DNA of 57,351 bases from contig CAJOPA010000084.1 in NCBI GenBank assembly GCA_905236235.1, forward strand, positions 1-57,351. The letters run 5' to 3'. The notes below the pieces were generated by a model that was not told the origin of the DNA, searched no databases, and worked only from the letters and a program-made list of their open reading frames with translations. The DNA comes from an uncultured Eubacterium sp. Lineage in GTDB: Bacteria; Bacillota; Clostridia; Lachnospirales; Lachnospiraceae. Below are positions 10,752-20,105 of this stretch, one piece after another (within the stretch, counting starts at the first letter, position 1; each line of letters begins with the position of its first letter). Position numbers and translations under genes: made by a program.

Positions 10752-11612
10752 ATGAAAAAGACACAGAAGAAATTACGAATTCCAAGTAAATATATCCTTT
10801 TTGCCATCTCCGGGATCTGTATTATGCTCATGCTTGCCTCCGCGACGCTCAATATTTCCGGAGGCCCTTTGTATTCCGTGGCTTCCACGATATTTACGCC
10901 GATGCAAAACGGCATCAATGCAGTCGGACGCAAGCTCGTCCTTGTCACGAACAATCTCAAATCCAAGCAGGAACTGATCGCTGAAAATGAGGCATTAAAA
11001 GAGCAGATCACCTCCTTAGAAGAGGAATTGTACAATACAATCCTGGATGTATATGAACTTGAAAATCTCAAGGAATTATACGAGATCGATCAGGAATATG
11101 AGGAATACGAAAAGATCGGCGCCAAAGTGATCGCTTCGGATTCCAGCAATTTTTTTACGACATTTATCATCAATAAGGGTTCCGAAGACGGGATCAAGGA
11201 AAATATGAACGTTTTGGCCGGCAACGGTCTGGTGGGTATCGTTACCGAGGTTTCATCACACAGCGCCACGGTCAAGAGTATTATCTCCGATAATTCCAAT
11301 GTTTCCGCCATGGTGCTGGGATCTTCGGATCATATGGTGGTTTCCGGCAATCTCTATACGATGAACGAAAACTCCACCATCTCTTTCTCACAGCTTCGTG
11401 ATGACGGAGAGTATGCCCAGGTGGGTTCGAGCGTTGTTACTTCCTACATCAGCGATCGTTATCTGCCGGGACTTTTGATCGGCTATATCAGCGAGATCCA
11501 TGAAGACAACAATCAATTGACCAAGTCGGGCACCATAACGCCTGCGGTTGATTTTACGCACGTGGAAGATGTACTTGTGATCCTGGAATTAAAACAGGAC
11601 ACCACGGAATAA
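10752..11612 (+). CDS. mreC: Rod shape-determining protein MreC
   Basis: 286 aa. N-terminal TM helix, a coiled-coil segment (ENEALKEQITSLEEELY) and a beta-rich C-terminus (GNGLVGIVTEV). Sits between mreB and mreD. Confidence 0.85.
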   Translation: MKKTQKKLRIPSKYILFAISGICIMLMLASATLNISGGPLYSVASTIFTPMQNGINAVGRKLVLVTNNLKSKQELIAENEALKEQITSLEEELYNTILDVYELENLKELYEIDQEYEEYEKIGAKVIASDSSNFFTTFIINKGSEDGIKENMNVLAGNGLVGIVTEVSSHSATVKSIISDNSNVSAMVLGSSDHMVVSGNLYTMNENSTISFSQLRDDGEYAQVGSSVVTSYISDRYLPGLLIGYISEIHEDNNQLTKSGTITPAVDFTHVEDVLVILELKQDTTE

Positions 11613-11624
11613 AAGAGGAAACGG

Positions 11625-12143
11625 ATGCTTCGCAAGATTTTTTTGACTGTTACCATCATTTTATTGTTTCTGTTACAAACCGTTGTACTTTCCCGTATCT
11701 CCATTCTTTTTGTAACGCCCAATCTTTTGCTTGCATTTTGTACATGTTACGGGCTTATGAAGGGAAAGAAGAGCGGTATGTATACCGGCCTTGTTTGTGG
11801 CATTCTAATGGATGTTTTCTTTGGAAGCATCCTGGGATTCTATGCGCTTTTTATGATGCTTTTCGGGCATTTGTCCGGTTATTTTCATAAACGCTTCTTT
11901 CCGGATGAGATCAAACTGCCGCTTTTGATGGTCTTTGTGGAAGATCTGCTCATGGGCTGCGCGGTCTATGTCTTTTTATTCCTGTTTCGTGGCAAATTCA
12001 TGTTCGGCTATTACTTTATCAATATCATGATCCCCGAGGCTGTTTTTACAACGCTGGTGTCCCTTTTGATCTATCCTGTCATCATCAGGATCAATACACT
12101 GATCGAGGAACATGAAAAGAGGAGAGCAATTAAATTTGGGTAA
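11625..12143 (+). CDS. mreD: Rod shape-determining protein MreD
   Basis: 172-aa polytopic hydrophobic protein immediately after mreC, in the conserved position. Confidence 0.75.
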   Translation: MLRKIFLTVTIILLFLLQTVVLSRISILFVTPNLLLAFCTCYGLMKGKKSGMYTGLVCGILMDVFFGSILGFYALFMMLFGHLSGYFHKRFFPDEIKLPLLMVFVEDLLMGCAVYVFLFLFRGKFMFGYYFINIMIPEAVFTTLVSLLIYPVIIRINTLIEEHEKRRAIKFG

Positions 12144-14958
12144 GATCAAAGATTTTTTTCAATTCATCTTCGAAGGACGTACAACGATCTTAACGATTTT
12201 TATGATCCTGTTAAGCGGTGTTCTTTTATTTCGCGTTTTTACGCTCCAGATCATCAACGGCGCGTCCTATCAGCAAAATTACACGCTCCGTCTGGAAAAA
12301 GAGGTTTCCATCGAGGGTACGCGCGGCAATATCTATGATCGTAACGGCAATCTTTTGGCCTATAACGAATTATCGTATTCCGTTACCTTTGAGGATGACG
12401 GTACCTATTCCAAGAATGCAACCAAAAACGCCGCCATTGCTGAAATGGTTTCCATGATCGAAGAAAACGGTGATTCCATCGACATTTCTTTTTATTTGCT
12501 TTTATCCGATGACGGTGAATTATCCTTTTCGGTCGACGGATCCAAGTTGACGCGTTTTCTTGCAGACATTTACGGCTACAGTTATGTTTCGGATATGGAA
12601 TATGACAAAAAACTCGGCTATAATCCCGCCGAAGCCACACCCGAGCAGGTTCTTGCCTATTTCACGGACAATTATGGGATCGATACGGAGACCTATACTT
12701 TAAAGCAGGTATATCAGATCGCCATGATCCGCTATGCTTTAAGCCAAAATTCCTACCAGAAATACATCTCTACCGTGGTCGCAACCAATGTTTCCGAGGA
12801 GACGATGGCAAAGATTATGGAAAATAAGGATCGGATCTCCGGTATGGATATTGAGACAGATACGGTCAGAGTCTACAATTCCAGCAAATATTTTGCGCAG
12901 CTTTTGGGCTACACGGGCAAGATCTCCACGGAAGAGTATGAGGAATACAGTCAGATCGATGACAGCTATACGACCACCGATGTTGTCGGCAAGTCCGGTA
13001 TCGAAAAAGCCATGGAGAGCGAGCTTCGCGGCGAGAGCGGCTATGAATCCTTTTATGTGGACAGCGTGGGCAATATCCTCGAAGTCACCGAATATGATGA
13101 GGCAAGCGCAGGAAATGATGTCTACCTCACCATTGACATGGATCTGCAGATTGCCATTTACAATCTCTTGGAAAAGGAACTTTCGGGTATCCTCTACAAC
13201 AAGATCTTTAATATCATTTACGAGGAAACGGAGACCAACCAGTATACCCGGGTGGGCGATGTTTATTTTGCGCTCTTAAACAACAACGTGATTTCCATCG
13301 ATCATTTTGCAAACGCAGAGGCTTCCACGACGGAAAAGGAGATCTATTCCGCTTTTGTTTCCCGCAAAAATGAAGTCTTTTCCTACTTAAACTCCCTGCT
13401 TACCTCGGATACAGCGCCTACCATTAACAACTGTAATGCGCAATACCGGGAATACCTGATCTACATCATGGAGGAGATCTATGATGATTATGGGATCGTA
13501 GATAGAAACAGCGTAGATGCCAACAGTACGGAATACAATCTTTGGAAAAGCGGAGATCTGTCGCTTCGGGATTACCTTCTGTACTGCATCAGCTGCAACA
13601 ATATCCAAACCGAGGATCTTAACCTTACCAACAAATATGCGGATTCCACGGAGATCTATACTGCACTCTATACCTATGTGCTTGATCAGTTGTCCACGGA
13701 TGAGCAATTTGAAAAACTCATCTACAAATGGCTGATCTACGAGGAAGTGATCACAGGACAGCAGATCTGTCTGGCCTTGTTTGATCAGGATTGCATCGAA
13801 GATGCGGGCGAAGAGTATGAAGGGCTTCAGGCGGGATCCCTGTCTGCCTATGATTTCATCCGTACCGTGATCAAGGATCAGCGCATCACGCCGGCGCAGC
13901 TGGCTTTGGATCCCTGCAACGCCTCCTGCGTGATCACGGATCCCAACAGCGGTCAGGTTTTGGCCCTTGTCACCTATCCGGGCTATGACAATAATAAACT
14001 GGCCAACGAAGTGGATGCGGAATACTATGCTTCCCTTACCGGAGATCTTTCGGGACCGCTACTTAATTATGCGACGCAACAAAAAACCGCCTGCGGTTCC
14101 ACCTTTAAGATGATCACGGCGACCGCAGCTTTGATGGAAGGATTCGTATCGTCCGACGAACTGGTCGTGACGGAGGGCACCTTTACAAAGATCACGCCGA
14201 GCGCCAATTGCTGGATCTATCCGGACAGTCACGGTGCCATCAATGTCATGACGGCGATCCGGGTTTCCTGCAACTATTTCTTTTTTGAAATGGGATACCG
14301 TATGAGTACCAAGAATAATCTTGCGGAGTATGATGATGAGGCAGGATTGGCCTATCTTGAAAAATATGCCTCCATGTACGGATTGGATACGACTTCCGGA
14401 ATAGAAATCGCGGAGTCGGAACCGAGCATTTCCGATGAAGATGCCGTACGATCCGCCATCGGACAGGGTACGCACAACTATACAACGACGCAGCTGGCAA
14501 GATATGTTTCGACGATCGCCAATCGTGGAACCGTATACGACCTTTCTCTGGTCAATAAGATCACGGATTCCAACGGAACGACATTGTCCACATTTACGCC
14601 CACAGTGCACAGTACGGCGGATGAGATCACGGATGATGTCTGGGATATTTTGACCGAAGGTATGGAGCTTATGGTGCAGGATAATAATTATTTCTCCGCG
14701 TTTACCGACATTACCGTCGCAGGTAAGACAGGTACGGCGCAGGAGTCCAAAACCAGGCCGAATCACTGCCTTTTCCTTGGATTTGCGCCCAGTGATGATC
14801 CGGAGATCTCCATTGCGGTCCGTATTCCTTACGGCTATGGCGGTAACGCAGCCGAAGCAGCCGCAACGATCTTAAAATACTATTTTAATCTTGAAGATTA
14901 CGAAACCCTTTCCTCCGCGGAAGTGGGAAATGCAAGTGTGATTACGGCAGAGGATTAA
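12112..14958 (+). CDS. mrdA: Class B penicillin-binding protein 2 (elongasome transpeptidase), unusually long
   Basis: TM anchor, PBP dimerisation start GTRGNIYDRNGNLLA, and transpeptidase motifs STFK (Ser about residue 663), SCN and KTGTA. An alternative start is TTG at 12136, 9 nt after AGAGGAGAG. Confidence 0.9.
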   Translation: MKRGEQLNLGKIKDFFQFIFEGRTTILTIFMILLSGVLLFRVFTLQIINGASYQQNYTLRLEKEVSIEGTRGNIYDRNGNLLAYNELSYSVTFEDDGTYSKNATKNAAIAEMVSMIEENGDSIDISFYLLLSDDGELSFSVDGSKLTRFLADIYGYSYVSDMEYDKKLGYNPAEATPEQVLAYFTDNYGIDTETYTLKQVYQIAMIRYALSQNSYQKYISTVVATNVSEETMAKIMENKDRISGMDIETDTVRVYNSSKYFAQLLGYTGKISTEEYEEYSQIDDSYTTTDVVGKSGIEKAMESELRGESGYESFYVDSVGNILEVTEYDEASAGNDVYLTIDMDLQIAIYNLLEKELSGILYNKIFNIIYEETETNQYTRVGDVYFALLNNNVISIDHFANAEASTTEKEIYSAFVSRKNEVFSYLNSLLTSDTAPTINNCNAQYREYLIYIMEEIYDDYGIVDRNSVDANSTEYNLWKSGDLSLRDYLLYCISCNNIQTEDLNLTNKYADSTEIYTALYTYVLDQLSTDEQFEKLIYKWLIYEEVITGQQICLALFDQDCIEDAGEEYEGLQAGSLSAYDFIRTVIKDQRITPAQLALDPCNASCVITDPNSGQVLALVTYPGYDNNKLANEVDAEYYASLTGDLSGPLLNYATQQKTACGSTFKMITATAALMEGFVSSDELVVTEGTFTKITPSANCWIYPDSHGAINVMTAIRVSCNYFFFEMGYRMSTKNNLAEYDDEAGLAYLEKYASMYGLDTTSGIEIAESEPSISDEDAVRSAIGQGTHNYTTTQLARYVSTIANRGTVYDLSLVNKITDSNGTTLSTFTPTVHSTADEITDDVWDILTEGMELMVQDNNYFSAFTDITVAGKTGTAQESKTRPNHCLFLGFAPSDDPEISIAVRIPYGYGGNAAEAAATILKYYFNLEDYETLSSAEVGNASVITAED

Positions 14959-14960
14959 GT

Positions 14961-16073
14961 ATGCTGGAAAAACTAAAGTCCTACAAGATCAGGCATTACA
15001 ATTTTTTGCTTGTACTGGCATGTACGGGATTATCCATATTGGGGATCATGATCGTCAACAGTGCTGGCGGCAGTTACTACGAAAAAAGACAGATTTTGGG
15101 ACTGGGATTGGGACTGGCAGCCATGCTTGTCGTATCCCTGATCGATTACCATTTCTATCTGCGATTTTATTGGCTTTTATACGCATTCAATATCGTTCTT
15201 ATGCTGTTGGTGCGTTTCTTCGGCGTGGAAAAATTCGGTGCCAAGCGATGGTTTGAATTTGCCGGGATCCTGTTCCAGCCGACGGAGCTGACAAAGATCT
15301 TAATGATCCTGTTTCTTGCCGGCTTTTTTGCCAAAAGAAAAGAAAAGATCAACAAGATCCCAACCCTGTTACTGACACTGATCTGCATCCTGATCCCTGT
15401 CTATCTGGTGGAGGATCAACCGGATCTTTCCACAAGTATCGTGATCCTCGTGATCTGCGCATGCCTTTGGTTTTTGGCCGGATTAACTTATAAAGTGATC
15501 GTCCCCGTCTTAGGTCTTGGCATTGCCGGCGTGTTTGCGATCATTTCCTATTGCGAGAGCCTTGATCCCGCAACTGTGGAAGATTATCATATCAAACGAG
15601 TCCTCGCCTGGCTTCATCCCGAAGAATGGACCAATATTGCCTATCAGCAGTTAAATGCGGTGATGGCTGTCGGATCCGGGCAGCTTTGGGGCAAGGGCTT
15701 AAATAACGAAGCGGTCGACTCCGTCAAAAACGGCAATTATATATCCACACCTCAAACGGATTTTATTTTTGCGATCGCAGGAGAGGAGCTTGGATTTGTC
15801 GGCACGGCAGCGATCATCCTATCGCTTCTTGTCATCACCGTCCTTGCCATCCACGTCGGTCGTAAAGCAAAGGATCTCGAAGGAAAACTGATCGCATGCG
15901 GTATCGGTGTGTGGATCGGATTTCAGGGATTTGTCAACATCTGCGTGGTTACGGGGCTCATGCCCAACACCGGTTTAACGCTTCCCTTTATCAGCTACGG
16001 ACTTACGTCCCTTGTAAGTCTCTTTATCGGTATAGGGATCTGTTTAAACGTCGGTCTGCAAAAGAAGACCTAA
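14961..16073 (+). CDS. rodA: SEDS-family peptidoglycan polymerase RodA/FtsW
   Basis: 370 aa with about 10 TM segments. Contains FQPTELTKI and QTDFIFAIAGEELGF, and is adjacent to PBP2. Confidence 0.9.
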   Translation: MLEKLKSYKIRHYNFLLVLACTGLSILGIMIVNSAGGSYYEKRQILGLGLGLAAMLVVSLIDYHFYLRFYWLLYAFNIVLMLLVRFFGVEKFGAKRWFEFAGILFQPTELTKILMILFLAGFFAKRKEKINKIPTLLLTLICILIPVYLVEDQPDLSTSIVILVICACLWFLAGLTYKVIVPVLGLGIAGVFAIISYCESLDPATVEDYHIKRVLAWLHPEEWTNIAYQQLNAVMAVGSGQLWGKGLNNEAVDSVKNGNYISTPQTDFIFAIAGEELGFVGTAAIILSLLVITVLAIHVGRKAKDLEGKLIACGIGVWIGFQGFVNICVVTGLMPNTGLTLPFISYGLTSLVSLFIGIGICLNVGLQKKT

Positions 16074-16084
16074 GGGGGTTACGT

Positions 16085-16480
16085 ATGAATATCGGATTGA
16101 TCGCACATGATTCCAAAAAAAATCTGATGCAGAACTTTTGTATCGCTTATTACGGTATCCTTTCCAAACATACACTGTTTGCCACAGGGACGACAGGAAG
16201 CCTGATCGAGGCGGCTGCCAATCTTACGGTACACAAATATCTGGCGGGTCCTTTGGGCGGCGAACAGCAGTTGTCGTCCGCAATTGAAAATAACGAAATG
16301 GATCTCGTGATCTTTTTAAGAGACCCGATGCATCCCAAGTCCGGGGAACCGAAGGCGGAAGAGATCATGAAAAAATGCGATGCCTACAATATTCCCGTTG
16401 CGTCGAATCTGGCAACGGCAGAGCTCATGATCAAGGCATTGGAGAGAGGAGATTTAGAGTGGCGTGAGAATTATAAATAG
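16085..16480 (+). CDS. mgsA: Methylglyoxal synthase
   Basis: Starts at the internal ATG of track ORF 15896-16480. Contains MNIGLIAHDSKK, ATGTTG and the C-terminal NIPVASNLATAE. Confidence 0.9.
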   Translation: MNIGLIAHDSKKNLMQNFCIAYYGILSKHTLFATGTTGSLIEAAANLTVHKYLAGPLGGEQQLSSAIENNEMDLVIFLRDPMHPKSGEPKAEEIMKKCDAYNIPVASNLATAELMIKALERGDLEWRENYK

Positions 16481-17453
16481 TCCCTTAAAAAGAAGGCTGT
16501 CGGCCTTAATCCTGACCTTGGCTTTACTTGGCGGCTGCGGCAAATCCTTTTCTGCGGAAGTCTCCTTTGCCGATTTTGAAACCGCTGCTTCCTACCATAT
16601 CGGTACGGATGTTAAAACAGATCATCTGGTCGAGGGGTTTGCCTCCGATCTGGTCGTAACGGATGATATCTTTTTGCAAAATTCCCTCGTAGACGACAGC
16701 ATGTCCGCTGCGGGGTTGTTGTTTTGCCTGGATGATCAGACCGTCCTTTACAGCAAGAATATCTTTAAGAAATTAAATCCCGCAAGTACCACAAAGCTTT
16801 TAACGTGCCTTTGCGCCATCAAATACGGTAACCTGGACGATACCATTACCGTCAGTCAGAATGCGGTTAATCTCGAATATCTGTCATCACGGGCAGGATT
16901 TAACGAAGGCGATACCATCACCTTGCGGGATGCGCTCTATGCCATGATGCTTCCCTCAGGTAATGATGCGGCCACGGCGATCGCGGAGCACGTCGGCGGA
17001 AGCGTGGAAGCGTTTTGTGAGATGATGAATAAGGAAGCCCAAGAGATCGGCGCCACCTCCACGCACTATGTCAATGCGCATGGTTTGACTGATCCCGATC
17101 ATTACACCACGGCCTATGACCTGTATCTGATCATCAATGAAGGTTTAAAATATGACCTCTTTAAGAATGTGATCACCACGGCAAGCTATACGGCTACCTA
17201 CCATGATATTTCCGGCAATGAAGTAACGCAGACCTGGACTTCCACCAATGCGTATCTTTCGGGGACCTATACGCCGCCTTCGGGCGTTTCGCCTTTGGGA
17301 GGCAAAACCGGCACCACTTCCTCCGCGGGATCGTGCCTGGTGCTTTACAGTACAGCCAACGGAAAATACTATATTTCCATCGTTCTCGGCGCCCAGAGCC
17401 GTGACCAGTTATATACGCATATGTCCCAGATTTTATCCATCACGGTCATCTAG
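16464..17453 (+). CDS. Serine-type D-Ala-D-Ala carboxypeptidase (PBP5/DacB-like), lipoprotein
   Basis: GTG start overlaps the mgsA end by 17 nt. Lipobox LLGGC, SxxK = STTK, SxN = SGN, KTG = KTGTT. Confidence 0.85.
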   Translation: MRIINSPLKRRLSALILTLALLGGCGKSFSAEVSFADFETAASYHIGTDVKTDHLVEGFASDLVVTDDIFLQNSLVDDSMSAAGLLFCLDDQTVLYSKNIFKKLNPASTTKLLTCLCAIKYGNLDDTITVSQNAVNLEYLSSRAGFNEGDTITLRDALYAMMLPSGNDAATAIAEHVGGSVEAFCEMMNKEAQEIGATSTHYVNAHGLTDPDHYTTAYDLYLIINEGLKYDLFKNVITTASYTATYHDISGNEVTQTWTSTNAYLSGTYTPPSGVSPLGGKTGTTSSAGSCLVLYSTANGKYYISIVLGAQSRDQLYTHMSQILSITVI

Positions 17454-17482
17454 TACTTCCTTGGATACATACGGAAATGAGG

Positions 17483-17511
17483 TTGAGTTTTATTTTGGAT
17501 TCCATTATAAT
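17483..17511 (+). promoter_or_regulatory. Near-consensus sigma-A-type promoter for the 17552-19357 gene pair
   Basis: TTGAGT (17483-17488), an exact 17-nt spacer, then TATAAT (17506-17511). The RBS AAAGGAGGAG at 17537-17546 follows. Confidence 0.6.
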
Positions 17512-17551
17512 TTAGATAGTTATTTTGCGGGTATGCAAAGGAGGAGAGCAT

Positions 17552-17971
17552 ATGATTCAATTAATTGTGGGTGAAAAGGGAAAAGGTAAGACGAAGAAGC
17601 TTTTGGAGCGCGTGGATATGGCTGTCAAGAGTTCCAACGGATCTCTGGTCTATATCGACAAGAGCCAGAAGCATATGTACGAATTGAACAATCGCGTACG
17701 TTTGATCAATGCTTCGGAATATCCCCTTCAGTCCTGTCCCGAATTTGTTGGTTTTTTATGTGGCATCATTTCTCAAGATCACGATCTGGATACCATTTTT
17801 TTAGATAATTTTATGAGCATCGCCTGCCTTCCGAAAGAGGGAATCGGACCGGCTATCACGCGTTTGCATGAAGTCAGTCAGGTGTTTGATGTCAATCTTG
17901 TGATCTGCATCAGTGTTGATGAATCCAATCTTCCCGAGGAAGCGAAGCCCTACGTATATCTGGCTTTATAA
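17552..17971 (+). CDS. Small P-loop NTPase-like protein, function unknown
   Basis: 139 aa from the ATG at 17552, with a strong RBS. Walker A GEKGKGKT at residues 7-14 and a Walker-B-like TIFLDNF. I recognise no other domain. Confidence 0.6.
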   Translation: MIQLIVGEKGKGKTKKLLERVDMAVKSSNGSLVYIDKSQKHMYELNNRVRLINASEYPLQSCPEFVGFLCGIISQDHDLDTIFLDNFMSIACLPKEGIGPAITRLHEVSQVFDVNLVICISVDESNLPEEAKPYVYLAL

Positions 17972-17974
17972 ATC

Positions 17975-19357
17975 ATGAAGGATTCCAATGTCGTAAAGCT
18001 TCGACATCATTTTCATTTTAATATTGGTATTTTTATTTTTGTATTGATCCTGATCTATACGTTCTATTTTGTTATCCAATATTTTCGTACGGATCATATC
18101 CTGGCTTATGAGGTCACGGAGGGATCGATCGTACAAAATACAACTTATACCGGGATCGCTTTACGACAGGAATCCGTCGTATACAGCAATTCCTCCGGCG
18201 TTGTGAACTTTTATGTTTCTTCCGGGGATCGCGTATCTGTACGTTCCCTTGTCTATTCCATGGATTCGGATAATGTATTGTCCTCCCTGTTTGAGCGCTA
18301 TGCGGATGATCTGAATACGTTATCCAAGGATGAATTGGATTCCTTTCAGGAACTTCTTGAAAATTTCACGGCGACCTACACGAATGAAGAATATACCGAC
18401 CTCTATCGTTTGACGGATTCCGTCCATGAAGAACTCACGGAGATCAAAAATCACAAGGCTCTTAGCTTGCTTTCCGCGTCCGGAGATGCGTCTTTGGAGG
18501 ATGCACTGGAGTTTCATTATGCATCCACACCCGGAATCGTGGCCTTTTATACGGACGGTTATGAGTCCGTTACACCCGAGACGGTCAATTCCTTTATGTT
18601 TAAAAAATCAAGCTACGAGGTTCATACCGTACAAAACGGCTCAACGATCTACATGGGCAATGTCGTTTACAAGCTGATCACGGATGAATCGTGGCAGCTC
18701 GTGATCCCCGTTTCTTCTTCTATGGCTGAGCGTCTTTCCGAAGAGAGCAGTGTGGAAGTCATGTTTTTAAAGGATGATATTTCCGTTTGGGGCGACGTGT
18801 CCATACTGTATAAGCAGGATGGAGATTACGCGGTATTTACGTTTTCCAATTCCGTTTCCCGTTATGCGGATGACCGTTTTCTTGATGTTAAGCTTAATCT
18901 TGACGAGGTCACCGGATTAAAGATCCCGGTCAGCGCCATTACGCAAAAGAAATTTGAAGTCATCCCCAAGGAATTTTTGACCAAAGGCGGAGACAGTTCA
19001 CAAAACGGCTTCATCGTACAGACAACGGACGAAGAAGGCAATACTTCCGTGCAGTTTGTACCGACAACGCTGTATTACGAGACGGAGGACACGTATTACA
19101 TCTCCGACAGCGATATTCCTTTGGGGAGTATCCTTATACATCCCGTTTCCAACAATCTCTATGAGGTTAAGAACACGGCGGCTTTGACCGGTGTTTACAA
19201 TATCAACAAAGGCTATGCCATATTCAAGCAAATCGAGGTTCTGTTCCAAAACGAAGAGTACGCCATCGTAAAGAACGGAACGGATTATGGTCTTTCGCAG
19301 TATGATTACATAGCGATCGACGCCGCAAAGATCTATGAAGGCGAGATCGTACGATAG
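17975..19357 (+). CDS. Membrane-anchored protein with membrane-fusion (HlyD-type adaptor)-like features, function unknown
   Basis: 460 aa, starting 3 nt after the preceding stop. One N-terminal TM helix (IGIFIFVLILIYTFYFVI), a lipoyl-like segment SGVVNFYVSSGDRVSVRSLVYSMD, and a beta-rich C-terminus. Confidence 0.6.
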   Translation: MKDSNVVKLRHHFHFNIGIFIFVLILIYTFYFVIQYFRTDHILAYEVTEGSIVQNTTYTGIALRQESVVYSNSSGVVNFYVSSGDRVSVRSLVYSMDSDNVLSSLFERYADDLNTLSKDELDSFQELLENFTATYTNEEYTDLYRLTDSVHEELTEIKNHKALSLLSASGDASLEDALEFHYASTPGIVAFYTDGYESVTPETVNSFMFKKSSYEVHTVQNGSTIYMGNVVYKLITDESWQLVIPVSSSMAERLSEESSVEVMFLKDDISVWGDVSILYKQDGDYAVFTFSNSVSRYADDRFLDVKLNLDEVTGLKIPVSAITQKKFEVIPKEFLTKGGDSSQNGFIVQTTDEEGNTSVQFVPTTLYYETEDTYYISDSDIPLGSILIHPVSNNLYEVKNTAALTGVYNINKGYAIFKQIEVLFQNEEYAIVKNGTDYGLSQYDYIAIDAAKIYEGEIVR

Positions 19358-19400
19358 GAAGGAACCCACTTCTCTTCATCTTTAGCACGGAGGTATTTTT

Positions 19401-20093
19401 ATGTCAGCCGTTTCCAATTATCAACAGATACTAGCGCAGATTGCGGAGATTTGTGCCAAATGCGGACGTGATCCCGAAGAGATCACACTTCTTAGCGTCA
19501 GCAAAACCTATTCCGCATCCTCCGTTCTTGAGGTTTACGAGGGCGGCGGGCGTGATTTTGGTGAGAACAAAGTACAGGAGTTATGCGACAAGAGCGGGCA
19601 GCTTCCGCAAGACATCCGTTGGCATATGATCGGCCATTTGCAGCGCAATAAGGTAAAATACATCGTTGATAAGGTATCCCTCATCCATTCCGTGGACTCC
19701 GTTCGTCTTGCGGCGGAGATCGAAAAGGAGGCCGCAAAGAAAAATGTGGAGGTTCCCATTCTTCTGGAAGTAAATGTAGCGGGAGAGGAGAGCAAGTTTG
19801 GATTAGCCCCGGAAGAGGTCCTGACGACGGCAAAACAGATCGCTGATTTTGCGCATGTAAAAATCCGCGGATTGATGACAATAGCACCATATGTAGTAAA
19901 TTCTGAAGAAAATCGTCAATATTTTCGATTTTTGCGCCAATTATCTGTTGACATCAAATCGGAAAACATAGATAATATTTCTATGGATATACTGTCCATG
20001 GGGATGACCGGAGACTATGATGTCGCCATCGAAGAAGGCGCGACGATCCTTCGCGTAGGCACCGGTATTTTTGGGGAACGGCACTATGATTAA
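19401..20093 (+). CDS. yggS: YggS/YlmE-family PLP homeostasis protein
   Basis: 230 aa. Contains LLSVSKT (PLP lysine context), FGENKVQE, WHMIGHLQRNK and MGMTGDY. Confidence 0.9.
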   Translation: MSAVSNYQQILAQIAEICAKCGRDPEEITLLSVSKTYSASSVLEVYEGGGRDFGENKVQELCDKSGQLPQDIRWHMIGHLQRNKVKYIVDKVSLIHSVDSVRLAAEIEKEAAKKNVEVPILLEVNVAGEESKFGLAPEEVLTTAKQIADFAHVKIRGLMTIAPYVVNSEENRQYFRFLRQLSVDIKSENIDNISMDILSMGMTGDYDVAIEEGATILRVGTGIFGERHYD

Positions 20094-20105
20094 GGAGTTT
20101 AGGAT

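Noticed and set aside
14059-14766. 235-aa minus-strand ORF inside the PBP2 gene
   Set aside because: It is an antisense shadow ORF within a CDS that carries clear SxxK/SxN/KTG motifs. Its composition is Arg/Gly/Ile-rich and it has no RBS.
12112-16073. Absence of minCDE between the PBP2 gene and rodA, where several Clostridia have them
   Set aside because: Absence from one window says nothing about the rest of the genome, so I did not treat it as a finding.
15896-16084. N-terminal extension of the mgsA ORF overlapping rodA
   Set aside because: The extension runs through the rodA coding frame. The canonical MgsA N-terminus (MNIGLIAHD) begins at the ATG at 16085.
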